This document shows positions 41,128 to 49,742 of a stretch of DNA of 64,000 nucleotides, piece after piece (position 1 is the first letter of the stretch; every line of letters begins with the position of its first letter). The notes beneath the pieces were generated by a model that worked only from the letters and a program-made list of their open reading frames with translations, searched no databases and was not told the origin of the DNA. Made by a program: the position numbers and the translations under genes. The stretch covers positions 9,761 to 73,760 of the forward strand of contig JBAZQX010000006.1 of the NCBI GenBank assembly GCA_041644975.1. Direction: 5' to 3'. Source of the DNA: Candidatus Doudnabacteria bacterium. Lineage in GTDB: Bacteria; Patescibacteriota; JAQUNI01.

Positions 41128-41210
41128 TGTCATCCCCGACCTGATCGGGGATCCAGGTTAATAGCACTAATCCTGGATTCCCGCTTTCGCGGGAATGACA
41201 ATAGGTATAT
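41128..41210. mobile_element. family F palindromic repeat (tgtcatccccgac ... cgcgggaatgaca)
   Basis: Second, longer copy at 47642-47762; listed ORF 40865-41230 runs through it and is probably spurious. Confidence 0.5.
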
Positions 41211-41713
41211 TCAAATTTAATTATTATCAAACACGAAAGTCCTATACTTATTGATTTATTGTATTGCCAAGATTAAATAATGCAATAAGACATTAAAACA
41301 ATAAAAATTAGCTAAAAATTAAAAAATAAAAATTAAAAATTATTCGTCTGTGGATAACTTTTTGACTCCTCTAAGCAAGGTGAGATATAATGATATATCT
41401 TTAGGAATTTAAGCCTCAAAAATAAAAAAATAATGTTTCAGAAAGAGCGAGGAAACCGAGTCAAAAAAAATCAATTCAGCGGATGGATTGTTTATATTTT
41501 ATTGATAAAAAAACAACGCAGTCGAAAGTCCCTTTGTTAATTCAAGGGACTTTTTAAATAAAATAAGTTTGCTTTCTAGCCTCTTTGAAATCAAAGAGGT
41601 ACATCCCCATACTTCTAAAAGTGTGGGGGTAAAAAACAAAGACTTTAACAAGGAGGGATAAGTCTCCCCTTTTTAATTTATAAGTAAGAAGTAATAAGTG
41701 AGAAAAAATAAAG

Positions 41714-42064
41714 ATGATTCAGAGAGATATTGAGAAAAGAAGTTTTGATTTCGCGGTGAGGGTAATTAAGATGGTTAATGAACTGCCTAAAAGTATAGCC
41801 GCCTATGAACTAGGCAAACAGGCAATCAGATCAGCTTCTTCTATTAACTCCAACATTGTCCAAGCAAGATCAGGTGTAAGCAAAGCAGATTTTGTGCAAC
41901 ATATGAAAGTTGCTTTGAAAGAAGCGAAGGAAACTGAAAGATGGATTGAGATGATGATAGCAGTTAATCTAGTCTCTAAAACAAAGACAGCATCACTTTT
42001 ACAAGAAAATGTAGAAATCATCAAAATCTTGGTCACCATCGTCAAAAATGCCCAAGTAAAATGA
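41714..42064 (+). CDS. four-helix-bundle protein (23S rRNA IVS protein family), second copy
   Basis: ASSINSNIVQA ... ADF ... KEAKETERWI pattern. Confidence 0.7.
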   Translation: MIQRDIEKRSFDFAVRVIKMVNELPKSIAAYELGKQAIRSASSINSNIVQARSGVSKADFVQHMKVALKEAKETERWIEMMIAVNLVSKTKTASLLQENVEIIKILVTIVKNAQVK

Positions 42065-42120
42065 ATCTTATCACTTCTAACTTATTACTTATGACTTTAA
42101 AAGAAGGGAGGTGTTAAAAA

Positions 42121-43389
42121 ATGAAAAAAATTATTCTAGGCTTAGTTGCTGTGGTCGCTATCGTCGGCGGCGTCATAGCGATGTCCGCCTTTGAGGCGCA
42201 TGTCGTCAATGTCACCGCGAAAATTGAAAATGCGTTGAATGTACCAATTACAGAATTGGGATTCGGTACGGTCTTCCCCGAAGAAGTCCTTAATAAAACC
42301 CTGGCTGTGAACTTAAGCGAATCTTTTAAAGAAGCAGCGGGTTGCAACACAACAAACTTGATTCAAAACGGTGGATTTGAGACACCAGAAGTGACGGACG
42401 CGGCCAAGTGGGAAATTTTCCCCAGTGGTGCCACAGGGCTTTTTTGGACCATTGGATGGGAACCCGGACAGTCAACTACCTATGGCGGACAAACTCGTCC
42501 GGATCCGGCCCTCAAAGAACTACAAGAAGGTGTCAATGGTTGGCTCCCTGCCGAAGGCGACCAATATGCTGAGCTCGATACTGATTGGTTTGGACCGGGT
42601 AACCCCTTAAGCGGCGAACCTGCTCGTGTCAACATCTACCAGAATATCACCACGACCATCGGCAATACCTACAAGCTCACTTACAAGTATTCACCGCGAC
42701 CTGGTGTAGGTGCAGACAATAATACACTGATTGTCCGCGTGAATGACAGCCAAGTAGCAACTCATTCTGCTGTTGGAGGCAGTAATACCATCTGGACTGA
42801 ATACACTTATGAGTTTAAAGCGACGGGTACCACAACCAAGATTGAATTTGCAGCAGGTGGCGCTTCCGATTCTTTGGGTGTTTTCTTGGATGATGTAAAA
42901 CTAGTTGAATGCGGTCGGGTCAATACGGTTGATTATGTCGTTCGTCAGAAGCCCAAGTGTGTTGACGACACTAATCTTTCCATTCATCCCCAAGTCACTC
43001 ATAACACAAATGGCGATTTTGCTTGCCCTAGAGGTTCAACGATGATGCCTTTACTCTGTCCTTATCTCTCTAAATCAGAAACAACGAGTGATGGCGAAGG
43101 CAAAGATAATGATGGCACGCCAATTACAGCCTTTCACGGACCGCTTACTGGCTGGACAATGGCAAATACGGAGGCAAATCAAGTGAAAGGAAAGCTGTCC
43201 GCGGCCATTAAGGACATTGCGGATGAATGGCTGATTGATCTCCATGTGCCCTGTTTCAAAGGGATGTGTGCCCAAGACAATGTAATTCCGACAGATTACC
43301 AAGCCGATCCAACACTCGAACATGCAGTCTTCGGCTGTGATCTCTGGCTGGAAGTAACAGGCATTGATCAGGAGCAACCGGCTCCGTAA
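42121..43389 (+). CDS. secreted protein with SipW-cognate-like N-terminus (TasA/camelysin-like module)
   Basis: Signal anchor then SAFEAHVVNVTA and ITELGFGTVFPEEVLNKTLAV module shared with 43482, 44520, 45847; first gene of the sipW cluster. Confidence 0.45.
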   Translation: MKKIILGLVAVVAIVGGVIAMSAFEAHVVNVTAKIENALNVPITELGFGTVFPEEVLNKTLAVNLSESFKEAAGCNTTNLIQNGGFETPEVTDAAKWEIFPSGATGLFWTIGWEPGQSTTYGGQTRPDPALKELQEGVNGWLPAEGDQYAELDTDWFGPGNPLSGEPARVNIYQNITTTIGNTYKLTYKYSPRPGVGADNNTLIVRVNDSQVATHSAVGGSNTIWTEYTYEFKATGTTTKIEFAAGGASDSLGVFLDDVKLVECGRVNTVDYVVRQKPKCVDDTNLSIHPQVTHNTNGDFACPRGSTMMPLLCPYLSKSETTSDGEGKDNDGTPITAFHGPLTGWTMANTEANQVKGKLSAAIKDIADEWLIDLHVPCFKGMCAQDNVIPTDYQADPTLEHAVFGCDLWLEVTGIDQEQPAP

Positions 43390-43481
43390 CATAAAGACAA
43401 CCTTGAATTCACTTTAGCTAGTTTTCATTGTTGATCGTTTCCCCTCTGCTTCTGCTTTAGGCAGACGGAGGGGAGGGATCA

Positions 43482-44018
43482 GTGATGAAATCATCAAAAA
43501 AAATTATGCTTGAAAATAATTCGGAAGAAGAAAAGAACCCCGAAAACGAAACGGAAAATCCAGCCCAAAAATTAATGTCCAAAAAAAAGGCAGAAAAGCC
43601 GCAAAGAAAAAGAAAGGTCGGGCGCACTATTGGCTATGTAATCATTGCCATTATCGCGGTCTTTATTGTTGTCCAGCTTTTGAGCGCTTCCTATTACAAG
43701 ATGACGGTCAATGTCGTGGAGGGTGAAAACGTGGTCGGGGTCAATCCCACTGCGGACAAATTAGATTTTGGCGACCTTTCCCGCGGCAGTGGTATGACCC
43801 GCTACATAACTTTAAAAAGCGCGGGAAAATCCCCAAGTTACATTATTGTCTGGAAATTTGGCGGCGTTGCCTCGCTCATTAAGGTGGAAAAAAACTACTT
43901 TACACTTAATTCCGGTGAAGAGGTAAAAATTACTTTTTCTCTTACCATTCCTCCTTCCGCCCAAACCAAACACTATAACGGTCAAGTGATTATTTTCAAA
44001 CTACCCAAGATTTTCTAA
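43482..44018 (+). CDS. small membrane-anchored protein with the same conserved N-terminal module
   Basis: TM then SASYYKMTVNVVEGE ... LDFGDLSRGSGMTRYITLK. Confidence 0.4.
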   Translation: MMKSSKKIMLENNSEEEKNPENETENPAQKLMSKKKAEKPQRKRKVGRTIGYVIIAIIAVFIVVQLLSASYYKMTVNVVEGENVVGVNPTADKLDFGDLSRGSGMTRYITLKSAGKSPSYIIVWKFGGVASLIKVEKNYFTLNSGEEVKITFSLTIPPSAQTKHYNGQVIIFKLPKIF

Positions 44019-44020
44019 GT

Positions 44021-44512
44021 ATGAAAAAGATTTTGAAATATTTTCAAAAGCGTAAGGAAGAAAAATGCACCCAAGCGGAAGAATTAAGTAAGAGGCAAAG
44101 AATTTTCCGGAAAGCTATCGGTTATGTATTTTATGTTGGGATTTTAATTGGACTCTTCTACGGCACACCCAAAATTCTATCCTATCTTCTAAATACTAAA
44201 TATCCTTTTGCGTCAATTACATCGGGGTCAATGTGGCCAGTCTTAAAGAAGGGAGATCTCGCCTTGATCTGCAGTGCGGAACCTAGCGAAATCAAAACGA
44301 ATGATGTCGTGGTTTTCCCTAATGAAAATGGCGCTTTAGCAATCCACCGGGTAGTTAAAATAAATGGCGATAAAATTATTACCAAAGGAGATGCCAACAC
44401 TAAAGAAGATAAACCAATCAACCGCTCCGACATCTTGGGCCGACTTTGCACAGTGGGTTCCCTTGAAGCAAAAATCCCCAAACTCGGATTAATCGCTCCA
44501 CTTTTTCACTAA
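44021..44512 (+). CDS. sipW: signal peptidase I, SipW-like (ER/archaeal type)
   Basis: S26 boxes SGSMWPVL, GDL, IHRVV (His instead of Lys general base), GDAN; start 3 nt after the upstream stop. Confidence 0.7.
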   Translation: MKKILKYFQKRKEEKCTQAEELSKRQRIFRKAIGYVFYVGILIGLFYGTPKILSYLLNTKYPFASITSGSMWPVLKKGDLALICSAEPSEIKTNDVVVFPNENGALAIHRVVKINGDKIITKGDANTKEDKPINRSDILGRLCTVGSLEAKIPKLGLIAPLFH

Positions 44513-44519
44513 ATTATTT

Positions 44520-45824
44520 ATGCCAAAGATGAGTAGTAAAAATAAATATTTAACTCTTGGTCTCCAAACAATACTAGGGATATTTATTGTTTTTGTTTCA
44601 ACTTTCTTCTGGGCAAATAAATCATTTGCTTATGAAGCGCATGTGGTGGGCGTAACGGCGATGTTTCAAAATTATGTTTGCGGCGATGGCAATCTTAATC
44701 CCGGCGAGGAATGTGATGATGGCAACAACAGTAATGGCGATGGCTGTTCGGCAACTTGCGTCCTTGAAAAAACACCTAGTTGCATGAAAATTAACGAGGT
44801 CTATTATGATCCAGATGATGCGCATGGCGGCGGGGATGCCGAATGGATTGAACTTTATAATGCTTGCGGATATCAAGTTAATCTTAAAAATTGGTATTTG
44901 AAAGACAATACTAAAACGGAAACCATCCATCAAAATTATATTATTAACCCAGATCAATTTGTAGTTCTCGCACCCAATGCTTCAATTTGGGAAAAATACT
45001 GGGATATTACCCCTACGAACGCCATAAAAATCGCTTTGGGCGGAGGACAAAAAATGTTTGATAATCTAGCGAATGACGGCGATCGGGTTTTCCTTTATGA
45101 TAATCACGATAATGGGATTGACGCGGTAAGCTGGGGAACAGACACAACCGCTTTTGACCCGAACGTCCCCGGTGTTGCCGAAGGCTATTCTATTGCCCGT
45201 ATAGTCAAGGGCGTGGATACGGATAAAGCTGCTGACTGGACAGATTTAACTACACCCAACCCGGGCACCAATCCCCATTCAACAATCAAAACAACTATTC
45301 CTGAACCGCCTAAATTACCAACCAGTAATCTTAACATCGCTGGCGACAGCACTCCCACAACCACCGATACGATTGTCGGCGATGCCACTGATTCCACACC
45401 AAATAATAATCTTCCAACTAATGATTCCACGCCCGCGACTGAAAATAACATAATAACCGACCCCGGCGATTCCACGCCCGCGACTGATACCCTTGAGGGA
45501 GAAGAACAAAAAGACATACCCCCTGCCTTAGAACCAAATGAAAACCAAGAAGACAATAATAGCGCGGAAAATCCTGGTGAGACAGAAAATATTTCTCCTC
45601 CCTCCGGTTCTGATGATTCTCAAACCGATTTAGCGCAAGAAGACCCTGTAACAGACAATACGCCATCTGAAGAAGGCATCAATAATACCGATTCATCCCT
45701 ATCCCCGCCCGAAAATCCAGAGCCAGAAGAGGAAACCAGTACAACCAATAACCCAGAATCAAATTCTTCTTCTGAATCTCCTCCCCCTAACCCCGCAGAA
45801 GGCACGGAAAATAATTCCTCTTAA
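44520..45824 (+). CDS. secreted protein with Cys-rich repeat, lamin-tail domain and Pro/Ser/Thr-rich acidic tail
   Basis: N-terminal AYEAHVVGVTA; CGDGNLNPGEECDDGNNSNGDGCSATC repeat; LTD signature AEWIELYNACGYQVNLKNWYLKD; antisense ORFs 45185-45805 are low-complexity artefacts. Confidence 0.55.
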   Translation: MPKMSSKNKYLTLGLQTILGIFIVFVSTFFWANKSFAYEAHVVGVTAMFQNYVCGDGNLNPGEECDDGNNSNGDGCSATCVLEKTPSCMKINEVYYDPDDAHGGGDAEWIELYNACGYQVNLKNWYLKDNTKTETIHQNYIINPDQFVVLAPNASIWEKYWDITPTNAIKIALGGGQKMFDNLANDGDRVFLYDNHDNGIDAVSWGTDTTAFDPNVPGVAEGYSIARIVKGVDTDKAADWTDLTTPNPGTNPHSTIKTTIPEPPKLPTSNLNIAGDSTPTTTDTIVGDATDSTPNNNLPTNDSTPATENNIITDPGDSTPATDTLEGEEQKDIPPALEPNENQEDNNSAENPGETENISPPSGSDDSQTDLAQEDPVTDNTPSEEGINNTDSSLSPPENPEPEEETSTTNNPESNSSSESPPPNPAEGTENNSS

Positions 45825-45846
45825 ACTCTCTGTATTTATAATTTTT

Positions 45847-46644
45847 ATGATTAAGTTGGACCGCAAATTAAAACGAGTCCTCTTTCCTCCCCAAGAAAAA
45901 AGTTTTAGGGCTAAATTATTTATTTTCTTAACAGGAGCAATAACCCTCGTTTTATTTTTCTTCATTCTGCAAGTAGAAACAACGCGCGTCTCGGCGCAAG
46001 CCTTGCCTATTGCTGTTTCAATGAATCATATTGATTTTGGTTTGGTCTTTCCCGGGGAGAGTCTGGAAAAAAACTTTACTGTTTATCTTGCCAATGGTTA
46101 TACCGAAAAAGTAAATTACACGTTAACTCAAAGGAGAAAGCCCCTGCCGCTTGAATCCGAGATTAAGGAAGATCCAAATATGCCCGGTTTCTATCGCGAC
46201 CTCTGCCCCTTTCTCACCAAAACCACTAAAGAGGGGGAAGGTGATTTGGAAATCAACGCGTCGGTGGCACCCACCACTGATCTTACCGATAAATGGCTGA
46301 TTGACTTGGCAGTCCCAGCGCTGGAAGGCTATGTGGCTCAAGAACACGGTGATAAGATAGTGAAGATTGCCGGCGACTATGGCTGTGATATCGTGATTGA
46401 TATTGAGCTACTTAAAAAGAATGGTACAGACGGAAATGGAGCTGGCGGCGGTCCAGAATGGTTTTGGCAGGATATGAATCTTGCGGGAGCCATGGAAACA
46501 GCCACATCTCCAATTAAAAAAGTTGCGCAGGCAGCAGTCAAGTTACCGGCGAAACTCCCCCGCGTTGGCGCGTGGAGCGCGCTTATTGCCGCCTCAATGG
46601 GCTTAATCGCGACAGCAACCTTTTACAGAAGGAATAAAAAGTAG
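45847..46644 (+). CDS. secreted protein with conserved N-terminal module and sortase-like C-terminal signal
   Basis: IDFGLVFPGESLEKNFTV module; C-terminus LPRVGAW + hydrophobic helix + RRNKK. Confidence 0.45.
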   Translation: MIKLDRKLKRVLFPPQEKSFRAKLFIFLTGAITLVLFFFILQVETTRVSAQALPIAVSMNHIDFGLVFPGESLEKNFTVYLANGYTEKVNYTLTQRRKPLPLESEIKEDPNMPGFYRDLCPFLTKTTKEGEGDLEINASVAPTTDLTDKWLIDLAVPALEGYVAQEHGDKIVKIAGDYGCDIVIDIELLKKNGTDGNGAGGGPEWFWQDMNLAGAMETATSPIKKVAQAAVKLPAKLPRVGAWSALIAASMGLIATATFYRRNKK

Positions 46645-46735
46645 AGAATATTATGGATTGTGCTAATTAAACATCTTGGTTTTAGGGGAATTTAAGGCTA
46701 TGGTATTCACCGTGCCTTTCACTTCTAAAAATTAT

Positions 46736-46880
46736 TCTAATTAACCTAATTATTCTAATTATTCTAAGCAAATCCCAATATCTAATGTCCAATGTCTAAA
46801 ATTAATTTTTGGTCATTCAAGATTTGGTCATTGGTCATTTCTTAGGTTAATTAGGTCAATTAGAACAATTAGAATAATTT
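46736..46880. repeat. AT-rich complex palindromic element
   Basis: attattctaattaacctaattattctaattattctaa ... tcccaatatctaatgtccaatgtctaaaat ... ttaggttaattaggtcaattagaacaattagaataatt; inverted partial copy at 51500-51620. Confidence 0.5.
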
Positions 46881-47334
46881 TGAATGAAATTTTGAATGGT
46901 TAACTCCCAAGGTGTTATTTTAATAGAATGACTAGCGCAATTCATAGAATATATTTTATAAATCAAAAAGACTTTTCTAAAAAGTCTTTTTTTATTCCCC
47001 CCTGTGGATAACTTTCTTGAATCAAATCTTAAATGAAAATATAATAAAAGTGCGTGTTTCCGCTAATGTTACAGTCATGCCGTTCTTTCGCTCCTTAGCG
47101 TCTAACGCCAAAAGGAGCAATTGCTTATCCGCCTTTTAAGGACAAAGACGGATACCATGCCTCTTGGGGAACTTATGTTTTTTATGGGTGTGTGTTGGGT
47201 AAGTTTTCCAAGGGCACTTTTTTTTGACAAAAAAAATAAAAAATGGTATTATAGAAAAGCTTTATTCCAAGAACTTGTTATTATTCTTGCTATTATTTTG
47301 GCACATTTTATTTCAAAAATAAGGGGGGTGAAAA

Positions 47335-47583
47335 ATGAAACAAGTTGCCCAGTATCTAGCTGTTATTTTATTCTTCTTTCTATTGTTTTTCGGTGGAGCG
47401 GACACGGATAACATAAGCTATCTCCTTGTCATTCTGGGAGTGGCTATATTGGGAATAATCACGATTATTATTCTGGTTGTCGTTGACTACCGCCGTCATC
47501 CGCCCATTACAACAGCGGACTTGATTAAGAAAATTAATTTTGACACGCATCAAGAGATCATTAAATCAGCCCGCCGTTCTTAA
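47335..47583 (+). CDS. small membrane protein (hypothetical)
   Basis: 82 aa, two hydrophobic helices; followed by a terminator. Confidence 0.3.
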   Translation: MKQVAQYLAVILFFFLLFFGGADTDNISYLLVILGVAILGIITIIILVVVDYRRHPPITTADLIKKINFDTHQEIIKSARRS

Positions 47584-47611
47584 GGATCTGACCATTCAAG
47601 ATCCTTTTTTT
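47582..47611 (+). terminator. rho-independent terminator
   Basis: aaggatc-tgaccattcaa-gatcctt followed by T6. Confidence 0.55.
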
Positions 47612-47641
47612 ATTAGGACTTACGCGATTCAGGGTGTTTTG

Positions 47642-47762
47642 TGTCATTCCCGACCTGATTCAGCCTTCGCAGCCAGAAGCATTGCTTCGGCGAAGTAGGC
47701 TCGGGAATCTAGGTCCTACTAAGTAAGCCAAATTCTGGATTCCCGTTTTCACGGGAATGACA
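47642..47762. mobile_element. family F palindromic repeat
   Basis: tgtcattcccgacctgattcag ... ctggattcccgttttcacgggaatgaca, itself nested in aggacttacg ... cgtaagtcct. Confidence 0.6.
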
Positions 47763-48010
47763 AATACGTAAGTCCTTTTTTATTTAAAAACAGTAGAGAC
47801 AGGTTTAAAACCTGTCTCTAATCACTACAAGATCAACGAATATAAATTATACCCCTAATTTTTCTTTCACTTTAAAATAGCCGTCAAATTTTCCTCCCAA
47901 TATCTCTTCAAAAATATAAACAGCATCAAAGGGAATTGGTTTACGGAGTAACTTATCGCCGTATTCTTTTTCTAGATATTTGAGGAGATCTAAAAACTAA
48001 CTTTGGGACA

Positions 48011-48406
48011 TTATTTCCTAGGCTTGAGCTCAATTTCTTCTTTCTGGTAATCAAACTTAACCATGAAAAGATTGAAAAATCCTTTTTGACCAACAACACC
48101 ATAACCTAAACGTGCAATCTCCGGAAGAAATCCAACCTTTATTGCGTAACACCAGCCACCTACCTTAACCTTTACGGGATGGATATAATAAGGCTGCACT
48201 ACTCCCGTGATGCCTCCCACTTTTTGTTCCTCTCCTTCATAAATATCAATACCCAAAACTTCTCCAATTTCGGCATCAAAAATGCAAAAATCCGCCCCCG
48301 AGTCTATCAAAACCTCATAAGGGACGGAATTGCTTTTATAACTAATCTCAATCGGAATAATAGGACGAATAATTCCTCTTCCGTATTTTTTGTATTTGAA
48401 TTTCAT
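48011..48406 (-). CDS. retropepsin-like aspartic protease (clan AA)
   Basis: 131 aa; LIDSGAD catalytic DSG motif. Confidence 0.7.
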   Translation of the reverse strand: MKFKYKKYGRGIIRPIIPIEISYKSNSVPYEVLIDSGADFCIFDAEIGEVLGIDIYEGEEQKVGGITGVVQPYYIHPVKVKVGGWCYAIKVGFLPEIARLGYGVVGQKGFFNLFMVKFDYQKEEIELKPRK

Positions 48407-48600
48407 AAGCCAAAACCAACATATGTCACAAGTCTGTTAGGCATACGTGTTAGAATAGGCTTTTCAAATCCGCGTCTTTTGGCTCTCTCCCACGCTTCTT
48501 TGGCCGTTCTCCCGCTTGCAATTACTGTTTTTTCGTCTTTCTGTAAAGCGACCCAAAGCCCTTTGTATTTTTGATAAATTTTAGTCCAATCAATAGCCAT
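48403..48600 (-). CDS. small DUF5678-like protein (partner of the aspartic protease)
   Basis: ~65 aa from the internal Met: YKGLWVALQKDEKTVIASGRTAKEAWERAKRRGFEKPILTRMP; overlaps the protease gene by 4 nt. Confidence 0.45.
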   Translation of the reverse strand: MAIDWTKIYQKYKGLWVALQKDEKTVIASGRTAKEAWERAKRRGFEKPILTRMPNRLVTYVGFGL

Positions 48601-48873
48601 AGATTTAATTTTAAGATAACATAAATTATAATAAAGAACAATCCCAAATAAACAAAAAGATGAAGCCTCTAGTTGATTCGGTTCTCCGAGTTGAATCAAT
48701 AAGAACTAACAAGAACAAAAAAGGGCAGTATTACTACTGTCCGCTGGAGAAAGAATACAATTCCCTATTTTGTAAAATAAAAAAGAGGTCAAGATTTTTA
48801 GACTTGACCCCATTATGCCAATTACCGAGGGTGCAAAACCGCTCCCCTAAATCAATCTCCAAAATTAGGAGAA

Positions 48874-49314
48874 TTACTGAAGAAAAAACTGGACTTGAGC
48901 GTTTACAGCACTCACCTCACCCTTGGCAATAGCTTTCTCAACATCCTTCCGGATCCTCTCACCGTCTAGGGGTGAAACTCGTAGGATAAAATGCTCATCG
49001 TTATTGACATCCAGTTCAGTCAAGAATTGTTTTTCTACTACTGTCACCCTTGCTAGGTGGGTGGTATCACCCTTTTCTATCTTCCAAGGCACAAAAAAGG
49101 GATTGGGACGCCATTCTTCCTCCCCGATTTTTACGCGGAGATCAAAACGGATATAATCCCTCCCGTATGACCTGGACTGTCCAGCAAATTGAAGGGCTAC
49201 CACCGGATAGGTTTCCCCTTCTTTCATTCTATTTGAGATGTACTTAAGGTTACAACCACTCACAATAGCCACAACCATCACTAATCCTACGGCCAGCAAT
49301 GCCTTCTTCATCAT
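48874..49314 (-). CDS. lipoprotein (hypothetical)
   Basis: Signal peptide with lipobox VSGC. Confidence 0.5.
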   Translation of the reverse strand: MMKKALLAVGLVMVVAIVSGCNLKYISNRMKEGETYPVVALQFAGQSRSYGRDYIRFDLRVKIGEEEWRPNPFFVPWKIEKGDTTHLARVTVVEKQFLTELDVNNDEHFILRVSPLDGERIRKDVEKAIAKGEVSAVNAQVQFFLQ

Positions 49315-49540
49315 TATTCCCTCCTTAATAAACAGACCGAGACGATAGAACCAAGAACCAAATACTCATTATAGATAGCTTACCATCTGCAGAAATATCA
49401 AGGAACAAGAAATTATTTTAGATCAAATCCAAAAATATGGCAAGATTACTATATCTGATCCACAAGGTTCACCTTTTAGAATATCGCCCTTTCTACACGA
49501 AAAATTCTTTCCACGTCTCTCATTAATTTACTAACTGGCA

Positions 49541-49567
49541 GGTCATGTCGTTTGCGAACGACATGGC
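49541..49567. repeat. family C palindrome (catgtcgtttgcgaacgacatg)
   Basis: Variant of ggatgtcgttcgcgaacgacatcc. Confidence 0.55.
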
Positions 49568-49742
49568 AAGGCATCGTGGACGATAGCCCCTCGGGGCTCA
49601 AGTCCTCTCGGGACGAACGGCCTGCCCTCAAGCGAAGCCGAAGGGTTAGAAACCATAATCCAACGACAAATGACGAGTTTTTTTAACACAAAACCCCGTT
49701 TTAAAACGAAGTTTTGTGTAGTATATCTCTTATTAATAACCG

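Noticed and set aside
40865-41230. 121-aa minus-strand ORF
   Set aside because: It runs straight through the family F palindrome (41128-41210) and AT-rich repeat DNA. It has no motif and is most likely a repeat-derived spurious ORF.
41529-41566. Hairpin gaaagtccctttgttaattcaagggacttttt, considered as a terminator
   Set aside because: No gene ends immediately upstream on either strand, and the T-run is short. It is more likely part of the local repeat landscape.
45185-45965. Several antisense ORFs (45185-45556, 45315-45509, 45418-45666, 45620-45805, 45759-45965)
   Set aside because: They lie antisense or out of frame within the low-complexity S/T/P/E-rich tail of the 44520-45824 gene. They are products of compositional bias.
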